A DNA stretch of 64,000 bases from Podarcis muralis (taxonomy: Eukaryota): assembly GCF_964188315.1 (NCBI RefSeq), contig NC_135667.1, positions 21,638,001 to 21,702,000 on the forward strand, written 5' to 3'. The notes beneath the pieces are model-generated. The model ran no database searches. It was given only the letters and a program-made list of their open reading frames with translations, and was not told where the DNA came from. The position numbers and the translations under genes are program-made. Positions 10,782 through 22,752 of this stretch are shown in pieces (position 1 is the stretch's first letter; each line of letters opens with the position of its first letter).

Positions 10782-11697
10782 TCCTACCTCCGAGCTCCGG
10801 AGAAGGACTGCTCCGCAAGTTCGGGTCTTACCCGCTACGGCGAGTGGGGGACCCCTAAAATCTCAGGCGCGGAAGCCTGAGAGCAAGGAGACTCGGTGGG
10901 CACCTTTGCGCCCCCCGGTACTGTGAAAGAGCCTTTTTAAAGGCTCCGGAGCGGCATCGGGAGTGAGCGCGGTGCTGAGAGTCGCTACCCAGCCTGCGGA
11001 GTGAAGCCGCGTCGCCATTAGCGGAGAGCGCCGATTCCTTCCTGAAAAGAAAATCTGGACTGGATTCCCGTGAGTAAGAAGGGAAAAAAAATCAGGAACC
11101 TTTAAAAATAGAAAATTTGGCTGAAACCGGGAGGGCAAAAAATAAGGAAGTCTGCCCCCCCCGGACTGCAGGAATTTAAAGCAACGAAAGACCTCGCTGC
11201 AGTTATTAGAAACTTAGTTGCGAACTGTCAAACCTGAGCTGTCAAAAGTATCTCTCCCCTCCAGATTGGCAGGAGAAGGGGGGAAAAAAGACAGTCTTGT
11301 GAAGATACTTTTAACTTAAAGGGAAACAAAGTTTTTCACTGCTCTGATCCCCGGGACGACCTGCCAGGACTTAACACTGGGAAAACTGTTCTTTAAAATA
11401 ACTTTGAAGTGGATATAGACTATACCTTAAATGGTGAAAAAACTTTAAGACATTTAAGATTTGAATGGGACTTTGTTACTGACATTGGTCTAACCAAATT
11501 TAAATTGGAGAAAAAGTTTTACAACTTTAATGGCGGACTTGAGATTTTCTACATCCGGCTTTCTGCCTCTTTGTTGTTTCTAACTTGGAAACTTTTAACT
11601 GCTCCCTCTTGAGGGCTAAGAGGGAAAAATTGCAAAGTATTTGACTAATAGTGGGATTTTCCATTGCAAGTTTTTCCTGTGAGAACGGCCTTGGGAT

Positions 11698-12726
11698 ATG
11701 AGTGGCACGGCAGAGGAGATAAGAACCAGATCTAAAGCTAAACTAACACAAAAGAAAAGAGGTTCAATCTCTGGCAACACAGTGCCTGCACCGGACTGTG
11801 TGACAGCAGCATCAATGGAATCTATGACACAGGCACTGCTTAAAATAAATCAATCCCTTGAGGCCTTAACAAAGCAATCTACAGAAAATTCAAAGAAATT
11901 GACAGAACTTACAGCAAGATTGGATCTGAATACCACATCAGTGGCAACAAACACAGAATCTATAAATAGACTGATTCAGGAATCTTCAGAAACAAGGAAA
12001 ATTGCAGAGAGTGCAAAATCTGTTGCAGGTGAGACACAGGAAAGACTTGTGCCGATTGAGAAAAAGGTGAATGAGCATGAAGCGGCCCTCTCCTTACTGG
12101 AATTACAACGGAAAGAACGAAATCTGAAATTTAGACAGGTTCCAGAGAAAGAAGAGGACAATCTGGCGGAATTTCTCACAGAGGCAATTCTGGAAAATTG
12201 GCAAGGAGATCTGGAGGAAGATGAAGTGGGGATAACAACTGCTTTCAGACTTGGTAGAAAGCAAAGCAAGAAGTCAAGGGATTGTCTGATCACCTTTAGA
12301 ACCAAAGAGGAAAGAGACAAGATACTGAACCTTCACTATCAAAAAGCTTTGGTGATTGGAAACATTCAAGTCCAAATCTTTAAGGACATCCCTAAATACA
12401 TCTTGGAAGTGAGGACTTTTTATAGAGACCTTGCCAATTTGCTGAGGAAGAACTTCATACCCTTCAGGTGGGAATTCCCACAGGGGTTGTCCTTTAACTA
12501 CAAAGGGAAGAAAGTAAGAATAAGAACAGTACAGGAGAAAGAGTACTTTTTGGAGAGAAACCTAGAGGACCTACAGAAAGGTACGGTGGACCCGGCAAGA
12601 GAAGGACAAGGATTAACATCAGAAGGAGGAGGGCTGACGGACATTGCAAATCTATCATTTGGACTACCACAACCGCCAACTGAAGAGGAAGAAAAACTTG
12701 GAGCAGTCGGAGGATCAAACATCTAA
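11698..12726 (+). CDS. L1 ORF1p (coiled coil, RRM and CTD nucleic-acid chaperone), 342 aa
   Basis: Heptad-rich region, then RERNLKFRQVPE (RRM start) and FRWEFPQGLSFNYKG (CTD); directly upstream of ORF2. Confidence 0.93.
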   Translation: MSGTAEEIRTRSKAKLTQKKRGSISGNTVPAPDCVTAASMESMTQALLKINQSLEALTKQSTENSKKLTELTARLDLNTTSVATNTESINRLIQESSETRKIAESAKSVAGETQERLVPIEKKVNEHEAALSLLELQRKERNLKFRQVPEKEEDNLAEFLTEAILENWQGDLEEDEVGITTAFRLGRKQSKKSRDCLITFRTKEERDKILNLHYQKALVIGNIQVQIFKDIPKYILEVRTFYRDLANLLRKNFIPFRWEFPQGLSFNYKGKKVRIRTVQEKEYFLERNLEDLQKGTVDPAREGQGLTSEGGGLTDIANLSFGLPQPPTEEEEKLGAVGGSNI

Positions 12727-12734
12727 CAAACAAA

Positions 12735-15700
12735 ATGTCTCTGCAACTTCTAAGCTGGAATTGCAACGGTTTGAACCATCCCAGAAAAAAACGACAGGTT
12801 TTCCACATTTTGAAAAGGGAACAACTGGATCTGATATGTCTACAGGAAACTCATATAACTAGAGCACACAGGAAATTGTTGGTGAACAAAAGATTGGGAC
12901 AAGAATTTATATCTTCCGATAGAGTAAAAAAGAGAGGAGTAGTGATTTATGCAAAGGAAAAATTGGACCCAAAATTAAAATTTAAGGATGAAGAAGGAAG
13001 ATACCTGGCAATTGAAGTACAGATCCAGGGGGAAAAATATTTGATAATTGGAGTATATGCACCAAATGATGGGAAGGCAGAATTTTTTAAGAAGTTGCAT
13101 GAGACCTTACTAGATTATCTCGACTGCAAAATAATAATGATGGGGGACATGAATGGAGTGGTCTCTACAAATATGGACAAGGCACAAAGACAGACAATAT
13201 CTAAAGAAGGAAGATTACCAAAGACTTTCTTCGAGATGACGGAAAATATGGACTTGATCGACATCTGGAGAACAAAGAATCCTCTCGAGAGAGAGGGAAC
13301 TTTTTTCTCGGAATCTAAAATGACATGGACGAGAATCGACCAAATCTGGGTATCTAGTGTGATGGCTACAAAGATTAAAAAAGTAGAAATCTGCCCAAAA
13401 ACCTGCTCCGACCATAATGCCGTAAAGATGGAAATGAAAATGACAACAACTGGATCCTTTAGATGGAGAATGAATGACTCCCTATTTAGAGATGAACAAT
13501 TCTGTATAAAGGCCCTAAAGACATTGAAAGATTACTTCGAGATAAATTTGAGAACAGACGTGGAAAAAAGAACAATTTGGGACGCGAGTAAAGCCGTGAT
13601 GAGAGGCTTCCTGATACAACAGAATTCAATCAAGAGGAAAAAGCAAAATGAAAGGAAAGAAAGAATTTTAGAAAAAATGAAGGAAGGAGAAAAGAAACTG
13701 AGGTCAAAACCAAAGTCTCAAGAAATTTTGAGAGAGATAAAATATTATCAGACGCAATATATGGAACTGACAAATCAAGAGATAGAATGGAAAATTAAAC
13801 AAATGAGACAAAGGACTTTTGAGTCTGCAGATAAGTGTGGGAAGCTCCTTGCATGGCAATTGAAAAAGAGGCAAAAATTGAATACAGTTACTTGTTTGGA
13901 GATAGAGGGAAAGAATGTTCATAAGCCAAATGAGATAAGTAACTGTTTCCAAAGTTTTTTTAGGAAATTATACACACAAGGGCCAGTAAACGAACAAGAA
14001 ATAGAAGAATTTCTTAAAAATTATGGACTACCGAAAATTTCAGAACAGGGCAAGTTGATTTTGAATGAGAAAATAACAGAACAGGAAATAGAGGAGGCCA
14101 TTCAAAAGGCACAACTGGGAAAGTCTCCAGGACCAGATGGACTGACGGCTAGATATTATAAAGCTTTGAGAGAAGGTTTAGTGCAACCACTGAAAGAAGT
14201 TTGTAATGAAATATTGGAGGGGAAAAAGGCACCTGAAACGTGGAAAGAGGCCTTTATCTCACTTATACCAAAGACCGAGACTGAAAAGAACCAGGTTAAG
14301 AACTACCGCCCGATATCATTATTAAATGTGGATTACAAAATTTTTGCAGACATTTTAGCAAAAAGACTGAAGAAAGTATTGACAGGTGAGATTCATAAGG
14401 ACCAATCCGGCTTTCTCCCGGGAAGACACATGTCTGACAATGTGAGGAACATAATAGACATCGTGGAACTGTTGGAAATGAACATTAACAGAAAAGCGGT
14501 TTTGATCTTTGTGGACGCGGAGAAAGCCTTTGACAATATTTGTTGGAGTTTTATGAAAAAGAATCTCCAAGGGATGGGGGTAGGCCAAGGTTTTGAAAAT
14601 GGTATAGGTGCAATTTATTCTGAGCAGAAGGCAAAGCTAATTGTGAATAATGTGGTAACGGAAGAGATAGCTATAGAGAAAGGAACACGACAGGGATGCC
14701 CTATTTCCCCCCTACTTTTTATACTGGTTCTGGAGGTTTTGCTAAATATGATTAGAAAGGACCAGTTGGTTAAAGGAATTCAGGTCGGAGTGAGAGAGTA
14801 TAAATTAAGGGCATTTGCAGATGACCTAGTTTTGACTTTGCAACAGCCAATCACTAGCACAAAAAGAGTTTTAGAACTGATCGAGATATTTGGTCAAGTT
14901 GCAGGATTTAAGTTGAACAAACAAAAAACTAAAGTCTTGGAAAAAAACCTAACAAATGAAGAAAAAGAGACATTCCAGAATGAAACAGGTTTGGAGATAG
15001 CAAAAAAAGTGAAGTACCTGGGGGTGAATTTGACATCGAAAAATGTGAATCTTTTTAAAGACAATTATGATAAATGTTGGACAGAAGTTAAGAAAGATTT
15101 AGACATATGGTCAAGGCTGAAACTTTCCTTGTTAGGCAGAATTGCTGTTATCAAAATGAATGTATTGCCTAGAATGTTATTTCTGTTTCAGACATTACAA
15201 ATAATAGACAAGATGGACTGTTTCAAGAGGTGGCAGAAAGACATATCGAAATTTGTTTGGCAGGGCAAAAAGCCAAGAATAAAATTTAAGACATTAACAG
15301 ATGCGAAAGATAGAGGGGGTTTTGCCCTGCCGGACTTAAGACTTTACTATGAATCAGCAGCGTTTTGCTGGTTGAAAGATTGGCTGCTCCTCGAGAATAC
15401 AGACATTTTGGATCTTGAAGGATTTGACAACAGATTTGGTTGGCATGCATATATATGGTATGACAAGGTAAAATTGCATAAAGGTTTTAAGAACCATATG
15501 GTGAGGAAAGCTCTGTATAATGTTTGGATTAAGTATAAAGACCTGTTTGAAAGTAGAACCCCCAGGTGGTTGTCACCAATGGAAGCAAAAGAGGTGAAAA
15601 AATTGAATATGGGTTCTAATTGGCCTAAATATTGTGAAATTATAGAACAAGATGGTGAAAATGTAAAATTGCAGAGTTTTGAGAAACTGAAGTCTAAGGT

Positions 15701-16469
15701 GAGAGATTGGTTACATTATCGACAGATAAATGAAGTATTCAAACAGGACAGAAAGAAAGGCTTCCAAGTGGAGAAGTCAAAATTAGAAACAGAACTGTTA
15801 GAACCCAATACTAAAAATTTGTCAAGAATGTACAACTTGCTGTTGAAATGGAATACTCAAGATGAAATGGTGAAATCTAATATGATTAAATGGGCACAGG
15901 ATATTGGGCATGACATTGAACTTGCTGACTGGGAGCAGTTATGGACCACTGGTGTTAAATTTACGGCATGCAATGCCTTAAAAGAAAACATTATGAAAAT
16001 GATCTACAGGTGGTACATGACTCCTGCTAAGTTAGCAAAGATCTATCATTTGCCCAACAACAAGTGTTGGAAGTGTAGTGAAACGGAGGGAACCTTCTAT
16101 CACCTTTGGTGGACCTGCCCGAAGATTAAGGCTTTCTGGGAAATGATCTATAATGAAATAAAAAAAGTTCTGAAGAGAACGTTTGTTAAAAAACCAGAGG
16201 CCTTTCTCTTGGGTATGGTGGGCCAAATGGTGCCAAAGAAGGATAGGACATTTTTTATGTATGCCACTACAGCAGCAAGAATTCTTCTAGCAAAGTATTG
16301 GAAGACGCAAGAATTACCCACATTGGAAGAATGGCAGACGAAGGTGATCGACTATATGGGACTGGCAGAGATGACTGGCAGAATTCGAGACCGGGGGAAA
16401 GAGGCGGTGGATGAAGATTGGAACAAATTTAAAGTTTATCTTAAAAACTGTTGTAATTTGGAAAATTAG
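12735..16469 (+). CDS. L1 ORF2p (APE endonuclease, reverse transcriptase, CCHC), 1244 aa, uninterrupted
   Basis: LLSWNCNG, CLQETH, GDMN, SDHN; KSPGPDG, YRPISLLN, DAEKAFD, GTRQGCPISP, FADD, KYLG; CWKC..HLWWTC. Confidence 0.97.
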   Translation: MSLQLLSWNCNGLNHPRKKRQVFHILKREQLDLICLQETHITRAHRKLLVNKRLGQEFISSDRVKKRGVVIYAKEKLDPKLKFKDEEGRYLAIEVQIQGEKYLIIGVYAPNDGKAEFFKKLHETLLDYLDCKIIMMGDMNGVVSTNMDKAQRQTISKEGRLPKTFFEMTENMDLIDIWRTKNPLEREGTFFSESKMTWTRIDQIWVSSVMATKIKKVEICPKTCSDHNAVKMEMKMTTTGSFRWRMNDSLFRDEQFCIKALKTLKDYFEINLRTDVEKRTIWDASKAVMRGFLIQQNSIKRKKQNERKERILEKMKEGEKKLRSKPKSQEILREIKYYQTQYMELTNQEIEWKIKQMRQRTFESADKCGKLLAWQLKKRQKLNTVTCLEIEGKNVHKPNEISNCFQSFFRKLYTQGPVNEQEIEEFLKNYGLPKISEQGKLILNEKITEQEIEEAIQKAQLGKSPGPDGLTARYYKALREGLVQPLKEVCNEILEGKKAPETWKEAFISLIPKTETEKNQVKNYRPISLLNVDYKIFADILAKRLKKVLTGEIHKDQSGFLPGRHMSDNVRNIIDIVELLEMNINRKAVLIFVDAEKAFDNICWSFMKKNLQGMGVGQGFENGIGAIYSEQKAKLIVNNVVTEEIAIEKGTRQGCPISPLLFILVLEVLLNMIRKDQLVKGIQVGVREYKLRAFADDLVLTLQQPITSTKRVLELIEIFGQVAGFKLNKQKTKVLEKNLTNEEKETFQNETGLEIAKKVKYLGVNLTSKNVNLFKDNYDKCWTEVKKDLDIWSRLKLSLLGRIAVIKMNVLPRMLFLFQTLQIIDKMDCFKRWQKDISKFVWQGKKPRIKFKTLTDAKDRGGFALPDLRLYYESAAFCWLKDWLLLENTDILDLEGFDNRFGWHAYIWYDKVKLHKGFKNHMVRKALYNVWIKYKDLFESRTPRWLSPMEAKEVKKLNMGSNWPKYCEIIEQDGENVKLQSFEKLKSKVRDWLHYRQINEVFKQDRKKGFQVEKSKLETELLEPNTKNLSRMYNLLLKWNTQDEMVKSNMIKWAQDIGHDIELADWEQLWTTGVKFTACNALKENIMKMIYRWYMTPAKLAKIYHLPNNKCWKCSETEGTFYHLWWTCPKIKAFWEMIYNEIKKVLKRTFVKKPEAFLLGMVGQMVPKKDRTFFMYATTAARILLAKYWKTQELPTLEEWQTKVIDYMGLAEMTGRIRDRGKEAVDEDWNKFKVYLKNCCNLEN

Positions 16470-17116
16470 GGGCTCAGAGTTATAAGAGATAAAGAACTAC
16501 AGTTGTATTAATAACTAACTGAAGTTAAATACATGAAATATATTTAAGTTATGATCAGAGGGTTGCTGAAAAATCTTGAAACAAGAATGCAGAAAAGGGG
16601 TGGTACGGGGAAGTCGTGTTTTTGTTTGTTTATGTTTATGTCTTTGTTTTGTCTCTTTTTTATTTATGGAAAATTAATAAAAATTTATTATAAAAAAAAA
16701 CAACAAAATTTCTAAATTTGAATTAGTTTACAAGTAGATTTTTTTGCAGATTTTAAAACCATATTTCTTGTCATTGATTCTCCTGGGTTCAATGGGCATT
16801 TCATCTGGTAAGTGAAATTGACTTTTTTTATTTCTTAGCACATTTACAGCAGTTTAATTTCTGCAGTGCAAAATTAGGAAAAGGGTGAAGTTTGAAGTAT
16901 GGTTGTATTTTTGCTTCACATATACTGCTTACTGCTTGAGAAAGTGCAAACTAGGCCTTTAATTACCTTTAAATGTGAACCAAATTAAAATTCTCACCCA
17001 TCCTTACTCATATATGTGGTAGTGGAATCCATGAGTCCTGGACCCTTAGCTCTCAGTTTTGGCACCCCTTTCTCCCATACGTCTTCCACCACCATAGCTA
17101 GAAGTAGAACCATGTA

Positions 17117-17455
17117 CAGTGGTGCCTCGCAAGATGAAATTAATTCGTTCCGCGAGTTTTGTCGTCTTGCGATTTTTTTCGTCTTGCGAAGCACGGTGTC
17201 GGGAAAGTTTTGGAAAAGCTTCAAAAATCACCAAAGTCTTTAAAAACCTCAAAAAAGGCTACCACACCGCGTTCTATGAGTTGCTCCTCGAAGTCAAGTC
17301 GCAACTGTATTAACGGTGTTAAGAAAAAGGAAACAAACTTGCAAGATGTTTCCGTCTTGCGAAGCAAGCCCATAGGGAAAATCGTCTTGCGAAGCAGCTC
17401 AAAAAACAAAAAACCCTTTCGTCTAGCGAGTTTTTTGTCTTGCGAGGTACCACAG
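17117..17455. mobile_element. Tigger/mariner-type MITE
   Basis: TA flanks; TIRs cagtggtgcctcgcaaga / tcttgcgaggtaccacag; repeated gtcttgcga motifs. Confidence 0.8.
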
Positions 17456-18136
17456 TAAAACCTTGGGGTTTTTGGTTTCCATGGGTCAGAGATTAAGATG
17501 GCAAGAGTCATTTTAAGATTCTTCATGTGAGATGCTTGATGGGTGGGCCTTTCTTCCACAGCTTAGTGGGCAAAGGAATTGAGACTGTTACCTTTGTAAA
17601 GTGGAGCACATTCCAGTCCACGCAAAAGTCCAGAGGCTTCTGCATCCCCTCACTGACATCTCTCCATCCAGATAAGAAAAAGGTAGCAGCACAGTTGAAG
17701 GACACATTCCAAGCAGGCAGTATGAATGGCTGGCTGGTGAGGGTGGGTGACATGGGGAAAGCAGTGTGGCCTTTGGAGGGGGCATGAACTGAGGAGAATC
17801 TCGAGGACTGAATATTTCCTCCACCCTGGCATCACAGCGTGCAGCTTGGCACCATGTCTTAAGGAAGTTGGACACCTAAAACCAATTCTTACTGAAGACC
17901 ATGCAATCACATCTAGAATGCGATGCCTTGTTTGCTCTACTCTTTACTTGTGGTGTGGCAACATCAGCTTATTGTGGGTTCATCTTCCTCATATCAATGT
18001 GACATATTAAGGAGTATCCTGTCTAAGGTGAGGATGTTGGATTACAAGACCTCTGGTTTTTAGGAGGCCTTTTCTTTAGTTTCCTCCACAGAGATTCCTG
18101 TGAAAAACTCCTTCCAATGTATTGAACGACTCTTAC

Positions 18137-18157
18137 CTGCTTTTGAGCTTGTAGCAC
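18137..18157 (-). CDS. Paralogue B exon 2 (21-nt micro-exon)
   Basis: ttttcctcag|GTGCTACAAGCTCAAAAGCAG|gtaaga; phase 1 to 1, encodes (G)ATSSKA; homologous to the micro-exon of C. Confidence 0.8.
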
Positions 18158-18931
18158 CTGAGGAAAATAAAGAAAGAAGATACCCCAGGTAAGAGTCATT
18201 GTAGAAGAATGACACAGTGTAGGATTGTATGTATGAACAAGGGGGAAGGGAAGTTGTTTAAACTGGCCCACTTCAGACATTCCATGTTCTGAGAATCAGG
18301 TTAGTATCGTTAATCACTTTAAACAAACCAGGTTATAAAAAAGTGGGTTGATAGCGGTTTAATTGCCTGGTTAGTTCTGAATTTGGTAACCATAGTTCCC
18401 TGGTTTGGACAAAACATGAAACATGAAGATCCCTTAGAAGCTTCCTACTTTCATCACAGCTTGGGGTGAGGGGAGGAGCAAATAGACTGTGTGGGGTGGG
18501 CAAAAGGCATCATGTGCATATGTCAGCTTAATAACCTGACAGATGATTGTCTGTGAATGCAGCCAATCTTTTCCCAATTGGTTGAAAAATTAACACCTTT
18601 GACAATTGTGCCACGAGTTCATTCTGAAACATGGTTCTTAGGGGATGTATTCAGATGTATTCAGAACCACATTTAAACCTGGGCTCATCAGGACTTTAGC
18701 TCTTTTAAAGTTATGGCTTTACCCTGGAACTATCTAAGTTGGGAAGAACAGACGTCCTAAAGAAAAGTGGGACATTCCAGGATCAAATCAGAAATTGGTA
18801 TAGCTTCTGTAAATCTGGGACTGTCCCTGGAAAAATATGGGCACAGAGAAGGTATGATTTCCCAGGAGCCCTCACAACTTTTAACCTTGGAGTAACTGTT
18901 CTCCAAGCACTTCCCCAACTCCATCAATCAC

Positions 18932-18989
18932 CTTGTAGCATGGTCAGCTGCAGAAGCCACACTGTCAATGCCGAAGTAACAATTGGCAT
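18932..18989 (-). CDS. Paralogue B exon 1 (signal peptide)
   Basis: MPIVTSALTVWLLQLTMLQ-G|gtgatt; phase 1; 5' flank homologous to A and C. Confidence 0.75.
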
Positions 18990-20480
18990 TGCTGTCCTTC
19001 TGAAGTATTCTCTGAGTGGTTCAGCTCCAGTCAGTTCCAGACAACAGATGTTTTATTTCAATCTGAATATCCTCTAGGAGCCGTACTATTAAAACACAAT
19101 ATCAGCAATGAAAAGGTAGTGCTCCTGTCATTGGCCTGTCTGTTGCTGAGTCTGGAGAAGCAGCACAGAAGCCCCAAGTCCCTGCAATCTCTGGATCCCA
19201 GAAGCAGCAGCATCCCAAATCTCTGCCAACACCTGAGAACGCCCACAGGTGGAGGCAAGGCATGTATACACTTTCCCCATTGATATCCACATCTGAACCA
19301 GCTCCCTGCTTGTTTGGAATAGGGAGAAGGGGGAGAAGATGAGACTCTCCAGAAGCCCCCACCCACCTTTTATCTTTCATATTAAGTCCACAAACATGGA
19401 AATGAAGGTGGAGACTTCCTTCTTCATACTTCCCACCAGCTATGGTCACTTACAGACAACCTGTTTGTGGATAAATAGTCCTAATTCTTCTAGCTGGGAA
19501 GTTAGACAGCATGGTGAGAAGCAAATGTCATCCCACACTTTCTAGTGCATTTCCTTTCATTCTCCTTATCACAAAAACATCCAGTTTTGGAGGGGGTGGG
19601 TTTATTATGGACAACCTGAATGTGCTGCTTATGCAGTTGAATCCAGCTTGCAAAATAACAACCATCCGTCTTGAGAGACAGCCCAGGACCCCTATCCACA
19701 CTGCCAAGGCTTGCTCTCCAGAGAGGTCACTTTGGTGCTGCTATTGCAGTGGTTTGACTTCAGGCCTGGAGGCGCACTTCATTGTCTCTGGAGACAGACA
19801 GGTGCCAACAATCTGCTTATGTATTTATTACTGCTAGATTGTACTCTCTATAAAGATTTGAGGAGTGAGGTTATTACCCCTCTACTACTACCCAAACCAG
19901 GATGCTCAAGCACTGCTACTGTATCTTTCTTCTGGTAGATCAAGATAACCAGGTGACAGCAAAAACTGCAAAAATTTTAGCAGAGGCAATTAGAATAAAA
20001 TCTATTATTTGATTAACTTTCTAATATTCCTCAGCTTAGGGGAGAAAAATCAAAAGAAAGACTATTGGCTCACATGTTTTATCTGTGGTTAAAGAATAAT
20101 GTATCATTTCTGTCATTTGTATTGATGTAGACCTCCAGAATGTATTTTGTATACCTAACTATTTAGTTCTATCCCCAGTATATTTTTTCTTATTGCTATG
20201 GCTAGTGGCTAATGCAAATAAAGTTTCTATCTATGCATGCTTTTATTACAGTTCTTTTAAAAGGGACCAGGGCAGAAAACATCCAAATGTAACAACAATG
20301 TTAATACAGTATAATGAAAATACAATACGATTAAAAAAATAAAGTAAATATATAGTAAATGTTAAGAACAATGTAAAACATTTAAAAGGATCTAAAAACA
20401 ACGAATAAAGGTCTAAAACATTTAAAAGACAAATGCATATCATCACAGCTCCTAATTTCATGATTGCCAGGAACAATATA

Positions 20481-21085
20481 TTTCAGCCATCCAGTGATGG
20501 ATCTTGCCATTTAACCCAAATTGTGCTCCTACGCTCACCCTCTGTAGGTAATTGCAGCTTCAAGGCACTGTGGATTTGGATCTGGGGAATCAGTTTGGGA
20601 GGAAATTATGCATGGAGAGACATGCATGGAGTCATAGATCTCCTACGTAGCATCTAGTTTGGCCCTCTCACAGGACTCTGCCATTGCGTTTCAAATATAC
20701 AAACATCCTTTCCTAGTATTTATCATTCTTACCTAGCTTTTTCAGAGCTGGCCAGAAAAGACTCTGTACTTCTAGCAGAAGCAGTTAGTTTTAGAGGGAA
20801 GGAGAGATCAACCTTTTTAAATGCACCAAGTGCATTCTCCATATGAAGTGGCACTATGTTCCGTCATTCAAAACAAACATATTGGTTTCCTGGTTCCCCC
20901 TCTTTCTTTGTCACACACATGCCGTAAAGGGTGTGACTTTGTATGCAAAGTGAGAAGGTTGCAACAGTAGAGTTGATTCCAAGAGAGCAGAGACAGACCA
21001 TAGAGAAGGAAGTGTCTAAAGCAATCCATACAGGCCATAACTGGGCTGAATATCAGGTGAGGTCGACTGTTAGTCATACTCAATG
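20481..21085 (-). promoter_or_regulatory. Conserved upstream non-coding block, copy B
   Basis: Colinear similarity to 1300-1865 over about 550 nt, e.g. cagaccatagagaagga, gcaatcca, gccataactgggc. Confidence 0.55.
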
Positions 21086-21777
21086 TGAATCCATTGAAAT
21101 CTCAAAAAGGTCTGAAAACGAGACCCTTCTTGTTCTCCTGGACTTCTTTGGTGGCTTTCAATACTATTACTGGCCCAGGACATATTGCAGCCTGAGGGAA
21201 AGGAGAAGATGGTACCTTATCCCATGGTCAGAAACCAACTGGACAGGCACTTGAATCTTACTCAACAACGGTGATGCGGAAGTATACTTCACTTTTTACA
21301 AAGGCAGCAGGCTAGCTTAGGAGGTGTAGGCAGTGCTTTATTGATAAAAGTGCCACGGCTGTGTATAGGAAATGCACGTGGAAGATATAATATATCAAGG
21401 AGTTATTGGTCTGACATGGAGCTCTTTCTGCCTCTGTCCCCCCCCCCCCCTATGGAATGTCAATATGAATGTTTTGAGAACAGTCTTAAATATTTTGGGA
21501 ACACTGGGAGGAGGTGAAGCCCTCCCCAGCCCCCCACAGCTGCCTTATCAGTTGTGGAGGATAGTGTTACTGGAGGTTACCACCCATACACTTCCGCTGC
21601 ACCTTCCGCTTGTGTGGTGGCACCTCAGCAAAACCTCATCTTACTGTTTACAGCAGAGTATTTCCCTGGTGGCAGACGACAAGAACAGTAGTCATAGTCA
21701 AAGTCCTCAGCCAAGAGCTTCTTTATTGCTTGACTGGTTGCACAAGAATTTCTATTACAAAAATATACAAACTATTT

Positions 21778-22017
21778 AGTAAGGTAAAGGTACCCCTGAC
21801 CATTAGGTCCAGTTGTGGCCGACTCTGGGGTTGCGGCGCTCATCTCGCTTTATTGGCCGAGGGAGCCGGCATACAGCTTCCGGGTCATGTGGCCAGCATG
21901 ACTAAGCCGCTTCTGGCAAACCAGAGCAGCACACGGAAACGCCGTTTACCTTTCCACCGGAGTGGTACCTATTTATCTATTTGCACTGCATGTTTTCGAA
22001 CTGCTAGGTTGGCAGGA
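21778..22017 (-). mobile_element. Sauria SINE, 5'-truncated
   Basis: aaggtaaaggtacccctgaccattaggtccag..ctgctaggttggcagga. Confidence 0.9.
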
Positions 22018-22752
22018 ACAAACTATTTACATGCCTTCTATATCTCTCCAGCACAGTATAAACTCAGTGTGTGTGTGTGTGTGTGCTTTCTTCGTGCCTC
22101 AAATGGCAAACTCATAGCGCCTTCTTTTAACTGCATCTTCAGCTGACTCCAATTAAGCTGGCACTCCCACACATTGAAGAAACTTCTGGAATGCTTTTTA
22201 AAGTTTAAAGGAACCTTAGCTGTTTCTTTAAAGAATGTATTCCTAACAAGTGCTGGGTACCTTCTTTTATGTTTGACATGTTTTGAGAAAGTGAGGCATT
22301 GGGAGGGGGTGGCTAATGGATGATTTGCACGTCGCTAGTCTTGGAAGCCACACAGGCTATATATAAAATAGGACAGTTTGGGCAGAGTTTCTTTGAAACT
22401 CATGCATGGACTGATTGGGCCGTGCAAACTGAGGCTACCTGAGGGGAGTAGCTTTGAAGCTGCTTGAGGGCTTCCAAGTGGCAGATTGAAGTGCTTGCTT
22501 GGTATGTATACATTGCTTGCTGCTTTAGAATAAAATCTTTAATCTTCTCACTCACTTGTGTATTTTGTATTGCTCATTTTAAAAGAACCACCTTGCATTT
22601 GGCAAGACAGGCTGCCAGCACAAAATGGCTGCCATGGGCAGTAAGGAAAGGGGATAATAAAAATAAAAATAAAAATAAATAAAAATAAAAATTGGCTGGG
22701 ATGGTTCACTATACCAGTGAATAGTGTCACAAAAAAGCACTTGGTGTAGGAC

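Larger units (their letters stand above)
10748..16701 (+). mobile_element. Full-length, apparently intact L1 retrotransposon, antisense in intron 2 of paralogue B
   Basis: 20-bp TSD aacaaaatttctaaatttga at 10728-10747 and 16702-16721; about 950-nt 5'UTR, ORF1, 8-nt spacer, ORF2, 3'UTR with AATAAA and a short poly(A). Confidence 0.97.

Noticed and set aside
11976-16226. Antisense ORFs within L1 ORF1 and ORF2
   Set aside because: They are short shadow frames of A-rich coding sequence with no independent evidence
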